A stretch of DNA of 64,000 nucleotides from an uncultured Gammaproteobacteria bacterium (GTDB taxonomy: Bacteria; Patescibacteriota; Patescibacteriia; Magasanikbacterales; GWA2-37-8): NCBI GenBank assembly GCA_964510885.1, contig CAZEDL010000001.1, positions 684-64,683 on the forward strand, written 5' to 3'. How positions within the stretch are numbered: the first letter of the stretch is position 1; the number at the start of each line of letters is the position of its first letter. Position numbers and translations under genes: made by a program. Positions 55,215 to 64,000 of this stretch are shown here, one piece after another. The notes beneath the pieces are model-generated. The model was not told the origin of the DNA and made no database searches. It worked only from the letters and a program-made list of their open reading frames with translations.

Positions 55215-55637
55215 TTAAGAATATTTCTGCTTCATGTATTGATACGATGCCTTGATCAAAGCCGCCAGAACCGTTAGATCAACATCCGACAACTTGTTGA
55301 TGTAGACGCAACTCCCGCTGCTAGTTTTATGCTTTCCAAGCTTATCAAAAAATTCTTTATAGTCCTTAGTTCCAGCCATAATATACAAGGTCAGATTTTG
55401 TTTGCGAGGCGAAAACGCAACTAATGGCCAATCACCCTCTTGCGTGCTCCTATCTGATTTATAATGATATTTTCCAAAACCCACGATGCTCGTTCCCCAG
55501 AGTACTGCTTTTTCGCCGGTAATTTTTTCGAAGAGTTTAAGTAGCGCCAGACTGTCTACGCGTTTTTGCTCTGGCTCTATAGTCTGCAAAAATTTTATAA
55601 CATTCGCTTTTGTAGCTTTGGTTTTTAATTCAGCCAT
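55215..55637 (-). CDS. DUF1801 (YdhG-like) domain protein
   Basis: LWGTSIVGFGKYHYKSDRSTQEGDWPLVAFSPRKQNLTLYIM is a hallmark of DUF1801. Confidence 0.7.
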   Translation of the reverse strand: MAELKTKATKANVIKFLQTIEPEQKRVDSLALLKLFEKITGEKAVLWGTSIVGFGKYHYKSDRSTQEGDWPLVAFSPRKQNLTLYIMAGTKDYKEFFDKLGKHKTSSGSCVYINKLSDVDLTVLAALIKASYQYMKQKYS

Positions 55638-55667
55638 ATTTTTTATACAGTTAGATTTAAAGTCATA

Positions 55668-55979
55668 TTACCCGAGCAGTATAGCAATTTTCACTATACT
55701 GCCCTCAGATATGCATTCTTTTTTTCGAACTGCAGATTTTAATGGCAATAAATAGACGCCCAACTTTCGATCAGGGAAAATCGACGTGTTCCAAGATGTC
55801 TCCCCAAGCGTTACAATAACCGGGAGCGAACCCCACCCCTTCGAAGCTGAACCAAAGTGTTTCTTGATTTCTTCTGATTCTTTTTTTGGTACGCCAATAA
55901 AATGCCAAGCTGCTTGTCCTTGCCATTTGAAGACTTTGGCACGAATGCTGTAACTATTTTTTGCTGTGGGCATCGGCAC
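55668..55979 (-). CDS. DUF1905 domain protein
   Basis: WHFIGVPKKESEEI...GSLPVIVTLGETSWNTSIFPDRKLGVYLLPLKSAVRKK pattern. Confidence 0.6.
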   Translation of the reverse strand: MPMPTAKNSYSIRAKVFKWQGQAAWHFIGVPKKESEEIKKHFGSASKGWGSLPVIVTLGETSWNTSIFPDRKLGVYLLPLKSAVRKKECISEGSIVKIAILLG

Positions 55980-55982
55980 TAT

Positions 55983-56351
55983 TTATGTGGGTGAAAATAC
56001 TAGGGTAACAAGCGTTGCCTGGATTGCAGAGAACGCCATTTGGATCGTCGTAAAACCAGGTAAAGAAGTCGTTTTTTGTTTCCCGGCTTCAGCAAATACC
56101 ATAAAACTAACCAGAAGCAAAAAGAGTCCCAGCCCGAACATGGTCGGGCTTTGAATTAGGGGATAGACATAAGCAAACACAAGACCCTGAATGAGCATTG
56201 CCGATAGCCCAAACGCAAATATCGGTTTTTCGATGTTGGAATATATGGCGAGTTTTTTATAATACTCCTTGAATAGAACAACATGCCAAAGTACCCCTAG
56301 CGCAAATGATATGACTAAGTACTCAAAGAGGTGGATATAGAAAGCTGTCAT
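55983..56351 (-). CDS. small 4-TM membrane protein, DUF1761-like
   Basis: FALGVLWHVVLFKEYY resembles the DUF1761 GFLWYxVLFGKxW motif. Confidence 0.45.
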   Translation of the reverse strand: MTAFYIHLFEYLVISFALGVLWHVVLFKEYYKKLAIYSNIEKPIFAFGLSAMLIQGLVFAYVYPLIQSPTMFGLGLFLLLVSFMVFAEAGKQKTTSLPGFTTIQMAFSAIQATLVTLVFSPT

Positions 56352-56365
56352 AGATGTTCTGGGTT

Positions 56366-56551
56366 TTAGGCTTGCTCAAAACGTGACTTGTTGTCGGCCA
56401 TCCATTTCATCTGTTCTTCTTTTCCGTTCTTAGGATTATTCATTACGTCGGCGTGTGCTTGCATATAGTGGGGCATCAGTGCCTTCATCCACTCTTCGAA
56501 AGTTTCACCTTGGGCCGTAGCGTCACACAAATCACATGAAAGTGTTTTCAT
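56366..56551 (-). CDS. DUF1059 small metal-binding protein
   Basis: MKTLSCDLCDATAQGETFEEWMKALMPHYMQAH matches the recalled DUF1059 pattern. Confidence 0.55.
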   Translation of the reverse strand: MKTLSCDLCDATAQGETFEEWMKALMPHYMQAHADVMNNPKNGKEEQMKWMADNKSRFEQA

Positions 56552-56642
56552 AGTAAAGTAGCTAAAAAGAACACATAAAATATAACATATTCAAAAAAAA
56601 ACGCCAGCCTTTATTTGTGCTAACTTAAGCCGCTGTCTAATA

Positions 56643-56674
56643 AAATAAAATGGCTTAGGCCAGCCATTTTATTT
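56643..56674. promoter_or_regulatory. 32-bp perfect palindrome (AAATAAAATGGCT-TAGGCC-AGCCATTTTATTT), putative operator or factor-independent terminator
   Basis: 13-bp perfect arms; located about 95 nt upstream of the DUF1059 start in a 405-bp intergenic region. Confidence 0.4.
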
Positions 56675-56956
56675 CAACAGATGTTATTCAATCAAACCTT
56701 TATAGCCAATACTGATCATCTGCCTTAAACCGAAATATTTTTGGTAATTTTCTTTGGTGTGGTTATACATATTGCCTCCGTCTGGGGGCCTTCAGTTGGG
56801 TCATGATGAATAAATTTTCCAATTCGGCATGTGGGCTATTCTCTTAACTTTGATAATTGAGCCCATCTTGACACCTGTCATTGCCAAAAAATTGAAAGTG
56901 GTTGAAGAAATAATGGATCATGACCAAATAGAATTTGGCAAAAAACACTCATAGTT

Positions 56957-57319
56957 TTGGCCGCTCGTAGCGGTTCATTTATCAAACGCCTGCCCAAAGT
57001 TGTTGAATGGGCCAAAAAACGGGGGATTGAGCGGGTAATGGTTCTTCTCTGTCTGGAACACGCCTATAGCCAAGAAGCGGCAGCCGTGCATCAGCACGAA
57101 GCTGAGTGTATTTTTAATGAGATTAATTTAAAGCTAAAAAATGCTTCGGAAGGAGAAATTGATTTTAGTTTTATAAGCAGGAAAGGATTTTTGCAGAAGA
57201 ATATAAAAGATATAGCCGAGGATACGAGTGTTGTAACTGTATTTGTAGGTCAAAAAATTCTAGACTTTCGTCTCGAGGAAATAAAAAAAAAGTCGGTGCC
57301 ACTCGGGTTTGTTAAATAA
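56957..57319 (+). CDS. hypothetical protein (TTG start; possibly shorter from ATG near 57036)
   Basis: ORF only. Confidence 0.3.
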   Translation: MAARSGSFIKRLPKVVEWAKKRGIERVMVLLCLEHAYSQEAAAVHQHEAECIFNEINLKLKNASEGEIDFSFISRKGFLQKNIKDIAEDTSVVTVFVGQKILDFRLEEIKKKSVPLGFVK

Positions 57320-57339
57320 TTGTGGTTTTTTGACTAGTA

Positions 57340-58008
57340 TTAGGTTGGCTGCGCTCCTTGATTGGCATCAGAATTTTTTTTCTGGACCAGCAGCCAGCCC
57401 AGCATATTTTTCTTATTCGTTCCGTCCGGACGTTTGGCTGCCATAGTAGCTGGTTCGCTTCCTTGCCGGAGAACGGTCCAGCCCTCGTAAAACGATTCCA
57501 TCTCGCCTGGTGAGAAAAAGGCCATCTTTTTTTCTGTATCTGCATCATAGGCATCCCCCTCGTCAATGAACCATGAAATAACATTTAAACCCTCAGGAAC
57601 GGTGTGTTTTTGCATTTCTTGAATCATAACTTTAGCCTCATCTTTTTGTATATGCTGCAAAACGAAAGAAGAGATTAGAACATCATAATCACGCGTCCAC
57701 GGTCTCTTTAGTATGTCTGCAAGACCAGTTTCCATACTTATGCTATTTTTATCCGTCCACTGTTCCAGCTTGGCAATTCCCACGCCTGATACATCGACTG
57801 CTCGAACGTCGAATCCCTTGTCCGCCAAAAAACGAGCATGCCTCCCATCTCCAGCTCCAAGATCTAGAACACTGCCAGATTGTTTATATGCTAAAATCGA
57901 TTTGACCACCTGCTCTGGTTCACCATAATTAAATATGGGTCTTTCGCTTTGAACATAAAGCTTGTCATAGTAACTTCCAATCCCAACATTTTTATTTTCC
58001 GATGACAT
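57340..58008 (-). CDS. class I SAM-dependent methyltransferase (small-molecule type, TehB-like)
   Basis: Motif I VLDLGAGDGRHARFLADKGFDVRAVDVS, motif II DVLISSFVLQHI; start set at internal ATG (MSSENKNVG). Confidence 0.7.
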   Translation of the reverse strand: MSSENKNVGIGSYYDKLYVQSERPIFNYGEPEQVVKSILAYKQSGSVLDLGAGDGRHARFLADKGFDVRAVDVSGVGIAKLEQWTDKNSISMETGLADILKRPWTRDYDVLISSFVLQHIQKDEAKVMIQEMQKHTVPEGLNVISWFIDEGDAYDADTEKKMAFFSPGEMESFYEGWTVLRQGSEPATMAAKRPDGTNKKNMLGWLLVQKKNSDANQGAQPT

Positions 58009-58197
58009 AGATATACTGGTTAATTCCGAAATTTTACCATTGCGCTTGAATTTCATCCAGTTATTACCAGCGTAGCTTAAATTTTTGGGCAAGCGGTGCC
58101 AGTAATACCCTTATAATTTGTAAAATTAAGTTGACAAAATAGGATTTTTCTGCTAAGTACAGTGTGCCGCTATAGTAGCGGAGATCTGTGAGGAATC

Positions 58198-60138
58198 ATG
58201 CAAAACGCTCTGTTTCTGGTTGTGTTTAGTGCGTTGATGCTGATGGGCCAGTCAGTTTCGGCGAATTATAAAGGGTACGGCGCGGACAGTGTCGAGTCCG
58301 ACGTGCTAGCCAAGTTTGCCCCCCAGCCGCTGCCGGGCGCACTGAGTCGCGACATCCAGTCGCGCATGGATGTCCTCACGCCAACAATGGGAGCTGTCTC
58401 TCCCGACGGCAGGCATCTGTGCACTTCATGGAACATCACCGGCACATGGCAGGTATGGTGCTTGGATCGGCCGAACTCCTTTCCACGCCAGCTGACGGGC
58501 GGTGACGACTACACCGGCTTCAGCGGGTTCACCCCCGATGGAAAAACCATCCTCATCTCCCGGGATCGGAAAGGTGAAGAAAACCAAGGCCTGTACTACG
58601 TACCCCTCATGGGTGGAAAACTAGAGGTCATCCAGCACAAGGCTGGTGTGCAGACCTACTTAGAGCGCATCGGAAATGATGGGCTGATATACTTCAAGGC
58701 CAACGACCGCAGGCCTGGCAGCCGCACCATATACACCTTCGACTTCAAGACGAAGGAGATTAAGGTGTGGTTCGATCGGGACGGGCTCTGGAGTATCCAA
58801 GGGGAGCGACAGGGTAAATTCCTGATCGCCAAGTCCACAGGGTTCCTCTGGAGGGAGTACTACGAGTTCGACCCGAGCAACGAAACCTTGATTCCGCTTC
58901 TCGGCCAAGGCGAGAACGAGGAATACAAGATGGCCTACGCCGCCCAGCCTGGTAAGTTCATCGTACTCACCAACAAGTTCGGCAATTTCAAGCGACTCTA
59001 CCGTTGGAGTCAGTCCGACGGTTTCTGGCCACTCACCTCCAATAGCAGCTTCGACGTCTCGGACTTCACCGTCGACCGGGAGCTTAGAAGGATCCTATAC
59101 ACGACCAACGAAAAAGGTTTTACTAGGGTCGCCGGGCTGAATGCAAAGACCTATAAGCTGCTTGAAATGCCAAAGTTTCCCCACGATAATCCTGATCACG
59201 TCTACAACGGCAGCAACAGCTGGGGCGGTCGGTACACCACCTTCGGAGTCGGAGTCCCGACCGGACCGGACCTAAAGTACGTCTACGACTGGAAGGGGAA
59301 GAAGCTGACACAGTGGTTCAAGCCAAGCGCTCCAGAGATAGATATAAAAGGCTTCGTCCCCGCCAAACTAGAGTACTACTCCGCCGCTGACGGCACGCAA
59401 ATCCCTATGCTGGTGCGGAGACCCAAGGCGTGTAATGGCACCAAGCTCTGTCCCGTGATAGTGGAGTTTCATGGAGGGCCAGAAGATCAGGCAACGCCTG
59501 GCTTCAAACCTTACACACAAATGTTCGTGGATCACGGCTTCATCTATGTGGAGCCGAATGTTCGCGGTAGCGAAGGGTACGGAAAGGAATGGATTCGCAG
59601 TGATGATGGAGTGAAACGCCTCCAGGTGATCACTGACATTCGCGACGCCGCAGTGTGGATCAAAGAACACTGGAGGGTCAACGGCCAGAGTCCGAAGGTC
59701 GGTGTCACAGGGAGCAGCTATGGAGGGTATTCAACGCTCATTGCCATGACCATGTTTGCCGGGGTCTACGACGCGGGCGTGTCTGAGGTTGGCATGAGCA
59801 ACCTGGTCACCTTCCTTGAGAATACTGCACCATACCGCCGCAGTCTCCGTGTTGCCGAGTATGGCGATCCGCAAAAGGATCGTGAAGCCCTCCTCAAACT
59901 CTCTCCAATCAGCCACATCGACCACCTCAAGTCGCCCCTGCTCATGATTCAAGGGGCCAGCGATCCTCGCGTGCCCGTAGGCGAGGCGATCCAGATGTAT
60001 GAGGCGGCCGTAAGCAGGGGAGTAGTCACAAAACTGATCATCTTCCCCGATGAGGGGCACGGGCTCAGCAAGAGGGGTAACCAGGTCCTCGGCCAAGGAC
60101 ACACACTCCTCTGGTTCAAAAAGTACCTAGCTGATTAA
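58198..60138 (+). CDS. secreted S9-family serine peptidase (beta-propeller plus prolyl oligopeptidase-type alpha/beta hydrolase)
   Basis: Signal peptide; catalytic GSSYGGYST (GxSxGG), DPRVPVGE (Asp), PDEGHGL (His); about 57% GC versus about 35-45% flanks. Confidence 0.85.
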   Translation: MQNALFLVVFSALMLMGQSVSANYKGYGADSVESDVLAKFAPQPLPGALSRDIQSRMDVLTPTMGAVSPDGRHLCTSWNITGTWQVWCLDRPNSFPRQLTGGDDYTGFSGFTPDGKTILISRDRKGEENQGLYYVPLMGGKLEVIQHKAGVQTYLERIGNDGLIYFKANDRRPGSRTIYTFDFKTKEIKVWFDRDGLWSIQGERQGKFLIAKSTGFLWREYYEFDPSNETLIPLLGQGENEEYKMAYAAQPGKFIVLTNKFGNFKRLYRWSQSDGFWPLTSNSSFDVSDFTVDRELRRILYTTNEKGFTRVAGLNAKTYKLLEMPKFPHDNPDHVYNGSNSWGGRYTTFGVGVPTGPDLKYVYDWKGKKLTQWFKPSAPEIDIKGFVPAKLEYYSAADGTQIPMLVRRPKACNGTKLCPVIVEFHGGPEDQATPGFKPYTQMFVDHGFIYVEPNVRGSEGYGKEWIRSDDGVKRLQVITDIRDAAVWIKEHWRVNGQSPKVGVTGSSYGGYSTLIAMTMFAGVYDAGVSEVGMSNLVTFLENTAPYRRSLRVAEYGDPQKDREALLKLSPISHIDHLKSPLLMIQGASDPRVPVGEAIQMYEAAVSRGVVTKLIIFPDEGHGLSKRGNQVLGQGHTLLWFKKYLAD

Positions 60139-60277
60139 CCGCATCGTTGTTCCATGAGGGGGTGAACGAACGAAAACGGGAAAACGACGTGGGTGCCGTC
60201 GGAGCGTTCGCTCAATCCAATGCACCTATCCCTATTAAATTTTCTTTAACAAGCGAAGGCTGTTTGATAAGGAAAAA

Positions 60278-60305
60278 TAACTCTCAAAAAGAGTTGTTTT
60301 TATTT
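60278..60305 (+). terminator. weak rho-independent terminator after the S9 peptidase gene
   Basis: aactctcaaaaagagtt-gttttt. Confidence 0.45.
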
Positions 60306-60394
60306 TAAAATTATAACTAAAATAGCGCCTAAAATTAGGCACTATTTGAATAAAATTTTAGGTGCTCTGATTGATACGTGACGCTAGAACCTAT

Positions 60395-61060
60395 TTATAA
60401 TTTTCTATAACCCAGAATTACATACTTGGGTATAGCGGAATCCGCAGACAATAAAACCGGAGCAGAGTATTCCTCAAACACTCTTGTGTGCCCATACTGA
60501 GAAAATATCCTGTCGTATTCCTCGGTGTTTCTTCTGTAAATAGGAAATACGAAATCAGTTCCAGCAATTTTTAGAGTATCAGTAACATTTCGATTGTTTA
60601 GGTGGGCCGGGTTGTGGTTTGCAAAAATTAGAAAGCCTCCACTGCTTAAACTTTTTGCTAGTTGCGCAATTTCGTCAGTATCAATAAATTGCAAAACCAT
60701 TCCGGAAACTATCAAATCAAATTTCCCATTTTTATCGGATGCTTCTCTTGCTGTTTCACCATTTCCTACTAACAGCTTAATAGTATTAGGCAAGTTTTCT
60801 TGGCCGATACTGATCATGTCTGTAGAAATATCAATGCCGGTAACATCAAAACCAAGTTTCTGGAGATCTAAACAAAACATCCCGGTGCCACAGCCAAAAT
60901 CTAATGCCTTTAAGCCGCTAGCATGATGGATATTTTGTTTTATAAAATTGATAAAAATAGGCCATACGCCTTCTTTTCTCTCATCAGAACTTGAGCTCTT
61001 CTGTGAAGTAAAGTAATTAAATCTACCGCTTAGCTTGTTCCATTGATCAGCAAGATTCAT
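60395..61060 (-). CDS. class I SAM-dependent methyltransferase
   Basis: KALDFGCGTGMFCLDLQKLGFDVTGIDIS (motif I), DLIVSGMVLQFI (motif II). Confidence 0.7.
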   Translation of the reverse strand: MNLADQWNKLSGRFNYFTSQKSSSSDERKEGVWPIFINFIKQNIHHASGLKALDFGCGTGMFCLDLQKLGFDVTGIDISTDMISIGQENLPNTIKLLVGNGETAREASDKNGKFDLIVSGMVLQFIDTDEIAQLAKSLSSGGFLIFANHNPAHLNNRNVTDTLKIAGTDFVFPIYRRNTEEYDRIFSQYGHTRVFEEYSAPVLLSADSAIPKYVILGYRKL

Positions 61061-61266
61061 AGATATTTTAACAAGAAAATTTTCTAATTTATATCATATA
61101 TTTTAAATTAACCCAAAATATAAAAAATAATGGCTAAATTTAGCCATTATTTTTAAGAGGTTCGAACTTCGTCTATTAGCTCGCCTGGCGGGACAGCTTT
61201 CGAACTTTTGATTGGAGGGGTGCTATTCTTGCCCCAGAGACCCTTATTAATCATGCTCAACAACTA

Positions 61267-61965
61267 TTAGACCTCCAAACTTGCTAGACGCGGCCGTCTC
61301 TGAAAAATCCTTAAAGGAGTATATATGTACATTTCTTCATTATTATTCTCTATGTTGGCAAAGCCAAAACGAATAGTAAATGATATTTTTTTATCCGAAG
61401 GTTTTCTTCTCTGTAAGTTAGAAAAGTCGTAAGGGCCAAGAGTGGGGCCGTTATGATCGCTCGCTAGACGCATGCCGTCTCCTACAAATGGGGCAGAATG
61501 TACAGTCTTTATATCAAGTGGTAAATGATGTAAAAAGAAATCAGCAAATAAACGAGTTTTATCATTGAACAGTTTGTCCTTAAAAGGAAAAATCATAGCT
61601 GTTCCATACCACCTTCGCGTTTGTCCTGGTGTACCAACGGGTGTAGTATGTTTAGCTGGTAATCCGAGGACTGTAAAATAATGAAACGGTTGATTGCTAT
61701 TTTTTTCTAAAAAATCCCAAACTGGATTTGCATCAAAAAATAGATGTTCTTTTTTACCGGACAGGTGCAATCGAAAGTCTGGAGGTATAGAAAGATGGTT
61801 AAATTCTTCAATAATCTCCGGAGGCTTATTTGAGGATATTAAATGAGTTTTTGCCGAAAGAGCTATCATCGGGAAAGTGTTGGTTACCTCAATATCCAAC
61901 ATTTTTGGGCTGGGAAAATTTTGATCTTTAAAAAATGCTATCATTCCATTGGGAAGCTTTGCCAT
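61267..61965 (-). CDS. hypothetical 232-aa protein
   Basis: ORF only; His/Phe/Pro-rich; family not recognised (YqcI/YcgG-like considered, unsupported). Confidence 0.5.
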   Translation of the reverse strand: MAKLPNGMIAFFKDQNFPSPKMLDIEVTNTFPMIALSAKTHLISSNKPPEIIEEFNHLSIPPDFRLHLSGKKEHLFFDANPVWDFLEKNSNQPFHYFTVLGLPAKHTTPVGTPGQTRRWYGTAMIFPFKDKLFNDKTRLFADFFLHHLPLDIKTVHSAPFVGDGMRLASDHNGPTLGPYDFSNLQRRKPSDKKISFTIRFGFANIENNNEEMYIYTPLRIFQRRPRLASLEV

Positions 61966-62010
61966 AACTATTTCTTTCTATAAAAGGTGAGAAAAAACAA
62001 GAAGTAAATA

Positions 62011-64000
62011 TTATTCTAAGCTTCTTTTCATTAGCTCAATTTGCTCGTCAGTCCTCCTTCTCTCGTGGGTAATACGCTCATCTAAATAGTCTTCGTACTC
62101 TCTAACAAAGTATCTAACTTCCTTACTCGGGTCTTTTTTAAATTTTTGAATAGACTGCTTTTTCTCCTGAAATGCTCTTACAAAACCATCTTCTCCAGAA
62201 ACTACCCCTGTCTGTGACAATGAACCAAAAATACGATCTCTGACCTCATTGTATTCCTTAGTTCCAAAGTATTTTTGAATCAAAGCTTTAACAACACCCC
62301 ATAAAAATTCTCCGCCCTCATATTTGTTTATTATAGACAAAACTATATTGCGACTCTCTTTTGTTCCCTTCTTGATAAGTGATATTAGTGATTTTTCTAG
62401 TACAGGGCTAAAATTAGAAAAAATTTTTTCAAAAAGATCGCTTGCTTCCCACCAGAGCAAATGTTTATATTTTTTGCCTCCGTCTCTATACCATTTAAGA
62501 AGTAAAGGTATTATAATTTCCTCTTGTTGCTTTAGAACACCGCCCAATTCATGGAAATTAAACGGCACACTATCATAAGGATCGTATATATCCCTTTTCC
62601 TTTTTGATTTGATTTCAACTCTTTTGTGGAAAAAATTAATTACTTTTTCTGGGCTTTTTTCAGCAATTGGTTTTAGAATTGCCTCCGCATGATAGTCGAT
62701 ACTAGGAAATAATAGTAAACCAGACAAAATTATATCAAAATCATTTTCTGCAAGATCAGGAATAATAGAATCGCCTTTAAACCATAGATTATTAATCCAC
62801 CAGAAGTTTTTATGTCTTGTTAGCTCCTTAATCGTTTCTAAAAAAGCAGATTTAAGATGTTTGTATTTAGGATAATTATGTAAAATTGAGCGTAGAATAT
62901 TATTAAGAGCAGGTATGTCCTTTAGTTTTTTTGCTTTATCTAATATTTTTCGAAATAGAACGTCATCAATATCATCAATAGGTACAAAGATAAAGGCGCA
63001 GATGTTAAGATATTTTCCCTCTTCTACCCACTGACCAATTATTTCCTTTGCTTTTTCTTGAAAATTACTTTTCCAAATACCTGTAATTAGGTTTATTAAA
63101 AAATCCGCTAGTTCTTTCTCATTTTCTTCCACTAACCGTATAGCCAAACTTGGTTTTTCTTGGGCTAGTTTTACTAGGAATGATTCAAAATAACCATAGC
63201 CACCCGACTCTGTGAGCGTTCGATTTTTAACGACGGATAGAATTTTCTCTTGCCATTCTTTAAAATTAGTTTCTGATATATTTGCGATAAATTCTTCAAT
63301 CTTTTTTAAGCGAGTTTCTCGGTCTTTGTTAAAATCGTGATCGGGATCAAGACGGCCATCATATCCAACAAAAATTCTAAACATGCCATAGTCAGTATTA
63401 GATCGAATAGCTTCTTCAAGTTCATTTATTTTGTTTGGTGGTATCTTGGTAAATCTTCTGTTGAGCCAGACTTTTTGCTCTTCAATATCTTGAATAATTT
63501 CATTTTCTGCATTCGGTAATATAGACAAATAAAAATCTACGATTGAATTTACGTCATTTAATATCATTTGCTCCATGTCCTCGCCGTATTCATTATTAAA
63601 AGGGGGGTGAGTTGCTTGCTGTAAAACTTGGAGAACCTTAATTTTTTGATCAAGTTCAACAGAAATAAGGTAGATTTTTTTTAATAACAAAATACTGCGG
63701 TTTCGCAAATTTTTGAGTTCCTCTGAAACACGAAGTGAGCCAGAATGTAAAGTAAATGTTTTGTAGTCGGGCCTGGAGCGCCCTTCAAAAGAAGGTGTGA
63801 GTAATTCTTTTGTAGTAACAAATACTACGGGCGAATTTTTAACCAATTGTTCATTGCTCCAGCTTTCAAGCTCTGCCAGTATTAATTGTTGTATTTTAAA
63901 TTCTAGTTGTCGGAGTGCAAATAGGTTATACTGCGATAAATGCTCAAAACTTTTTAAAACTTCAGATCTAACAGCTTCATTGTTGTACCATAAATATTTA
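62011..64000 (-). CDS. large Lys/Trp-rich alpha-helical-repeat-like hypothetical protein, 5'-partial (reading frame open to the window edge)
   Basis: 611-aa ORF from a TTG at 63846; the same frame has no stop through 64000, so the N-terminus probably lies outside the window; about 33% GC. Confidence 0.6.
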   Translation of the reverse strand, partial: KYLWYNNEAVRSEVLKSFEHLSQYNLFALRQLEFKIQQLILAELESWSNEQLVKNSPVVFVTTKELLTPSFEGRSRPDYKTFTLHSGSLRVSEELKNLRNRSILLLKKIYLISVELDQKIKVLQVLQQATHPPFNNEYGEDMEQMILNDVNSIVDFYLSILPNAENEIIQDIEEQKVWLNRRFTKIPPNKINELEEAIRSNTDYGMFRIFVGYDGRLDPDHDFNKDRETRLKKIEEFIANISETNFKEWQEKILSVVKNRTLTESGGYGYFESFLVKLAQEKPSLAIRLVEENEKELADFLINLITGIWKSNFQEKAKEIIGQWVEEGKYLNICAFIFVPIDDIDDVLFRKILDKAKKLKDIPALNNILRSILHNYPKYKHLKSAFLETIKELTRHKNFWWINNLWFKGDSIIPDLAENDFDIILSGLLLFPSIDYHAEAILKPIAEKSPEKVINFFHKRVEIKSKRKRDIYDPYDSVPFNFHELGGVLKQQEEIIIPLLLKWYRDGGKKYKHLLWWEASDLFEKIFSNFSPVLEKSLISLIKKGTKESRNIVLSIINKYEGGEFLWGVVKALIQKYFGTKEYNEVRDRIFGSLSQTGVVSGEDGFVRAFQEKKQSIQKFKKDPSKEVRYFVREYEDYLDERITHERRRTDEQIELMKRSLE

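Noticed and set aside
61155-61260. GGTTCGAAC-containing stretch that superficially resembles a tRNA T-loop
   Set aside because: No cloverleaf can be drawn: there is no acceptor stem or anticodon arm of the proper size. The region is a promoter/terminator spacer between two minus-strand genes.
1-64000. CRISPR arrays, rRNA or tRNA genes, integrases, transposases, prophage blocks, full T4SS cluster
   Set aside because: I scanned intergenic regions and repeats. No direct-repeat/spacer arrays were found, and no tRNA-like cloverleafs in gaps over 100 bp. No recombinase, VirB4 or VirB6-like ORFs were found. The T4CP-like ATPase is an orphan.

Overview
This is a 64-kb chromosomal window from what looks like a streamlined, probably uncultivated bacterium with standard genetic code, frequent TTG/GTG starts, about 45-50% GC and many secreted or membrane proteins. 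A Patescibacteria/CPR-like lineage is only an inference. Gene density is high on both strands.

Recognisable housekeeping genes are msrB, recJ, lepA, murJ, a beta-CASP MBL ribonuclease, a reduced dcw cluster (mraZ-rsmH-ftsL-like-PNPT, no ftsI/mur genes), rplU, recR, ybaB, dnaB, a HIT hydrolase, a DEAD-box helicase, greA, queC and lexA-dinB. The window also holds an ECF sigma/anti-sigma pair and a run of small stress-type DUF genes (SRPBCC, VOC, DUF1428/1801/1905/1059). There are no rRNA or tRNA genes, no CRISPR array, no integrase and no transposase.

The feature I judge most likely to be an under-described system is a three-gene cluster at 43.3-48.3 kb. It comprises a stand-alone ATP-grasp ligase, a PKD-domain plus 7TM membrane protein, and an alpha-L-glutamate-ligase-like ATP-grasp fused to a QEGLA/DUF1704 HExxH domain.

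Other notable items:
- a family of palindromic intergenic repeats with termini TGTCAT(T/C)C...GAATGACA and core ATTCCCGC...GCGGGAAT, present at three loci;
- a C39-like peptidase gene broken by a G5 homopolymer frameshift;
- a 620-bp high-GC single-gene island encoding a Cys-rich lipoprotein;
- a soluble VirD4/TraD-like ATPase with a ~340-aa P/Q/S-rich tail;
- an unknown 422-aa gene inserted between ybaB and recR;
- a lexA promoter with a GAAC-N4-GTTC SOS box in its spacer;
- a high-GC S9 peptidase gene followed by a low-GC block that ends in a large unknown protein running off the window edge.

All protein-family calls rest on motifs recognised by eye, not database searches.
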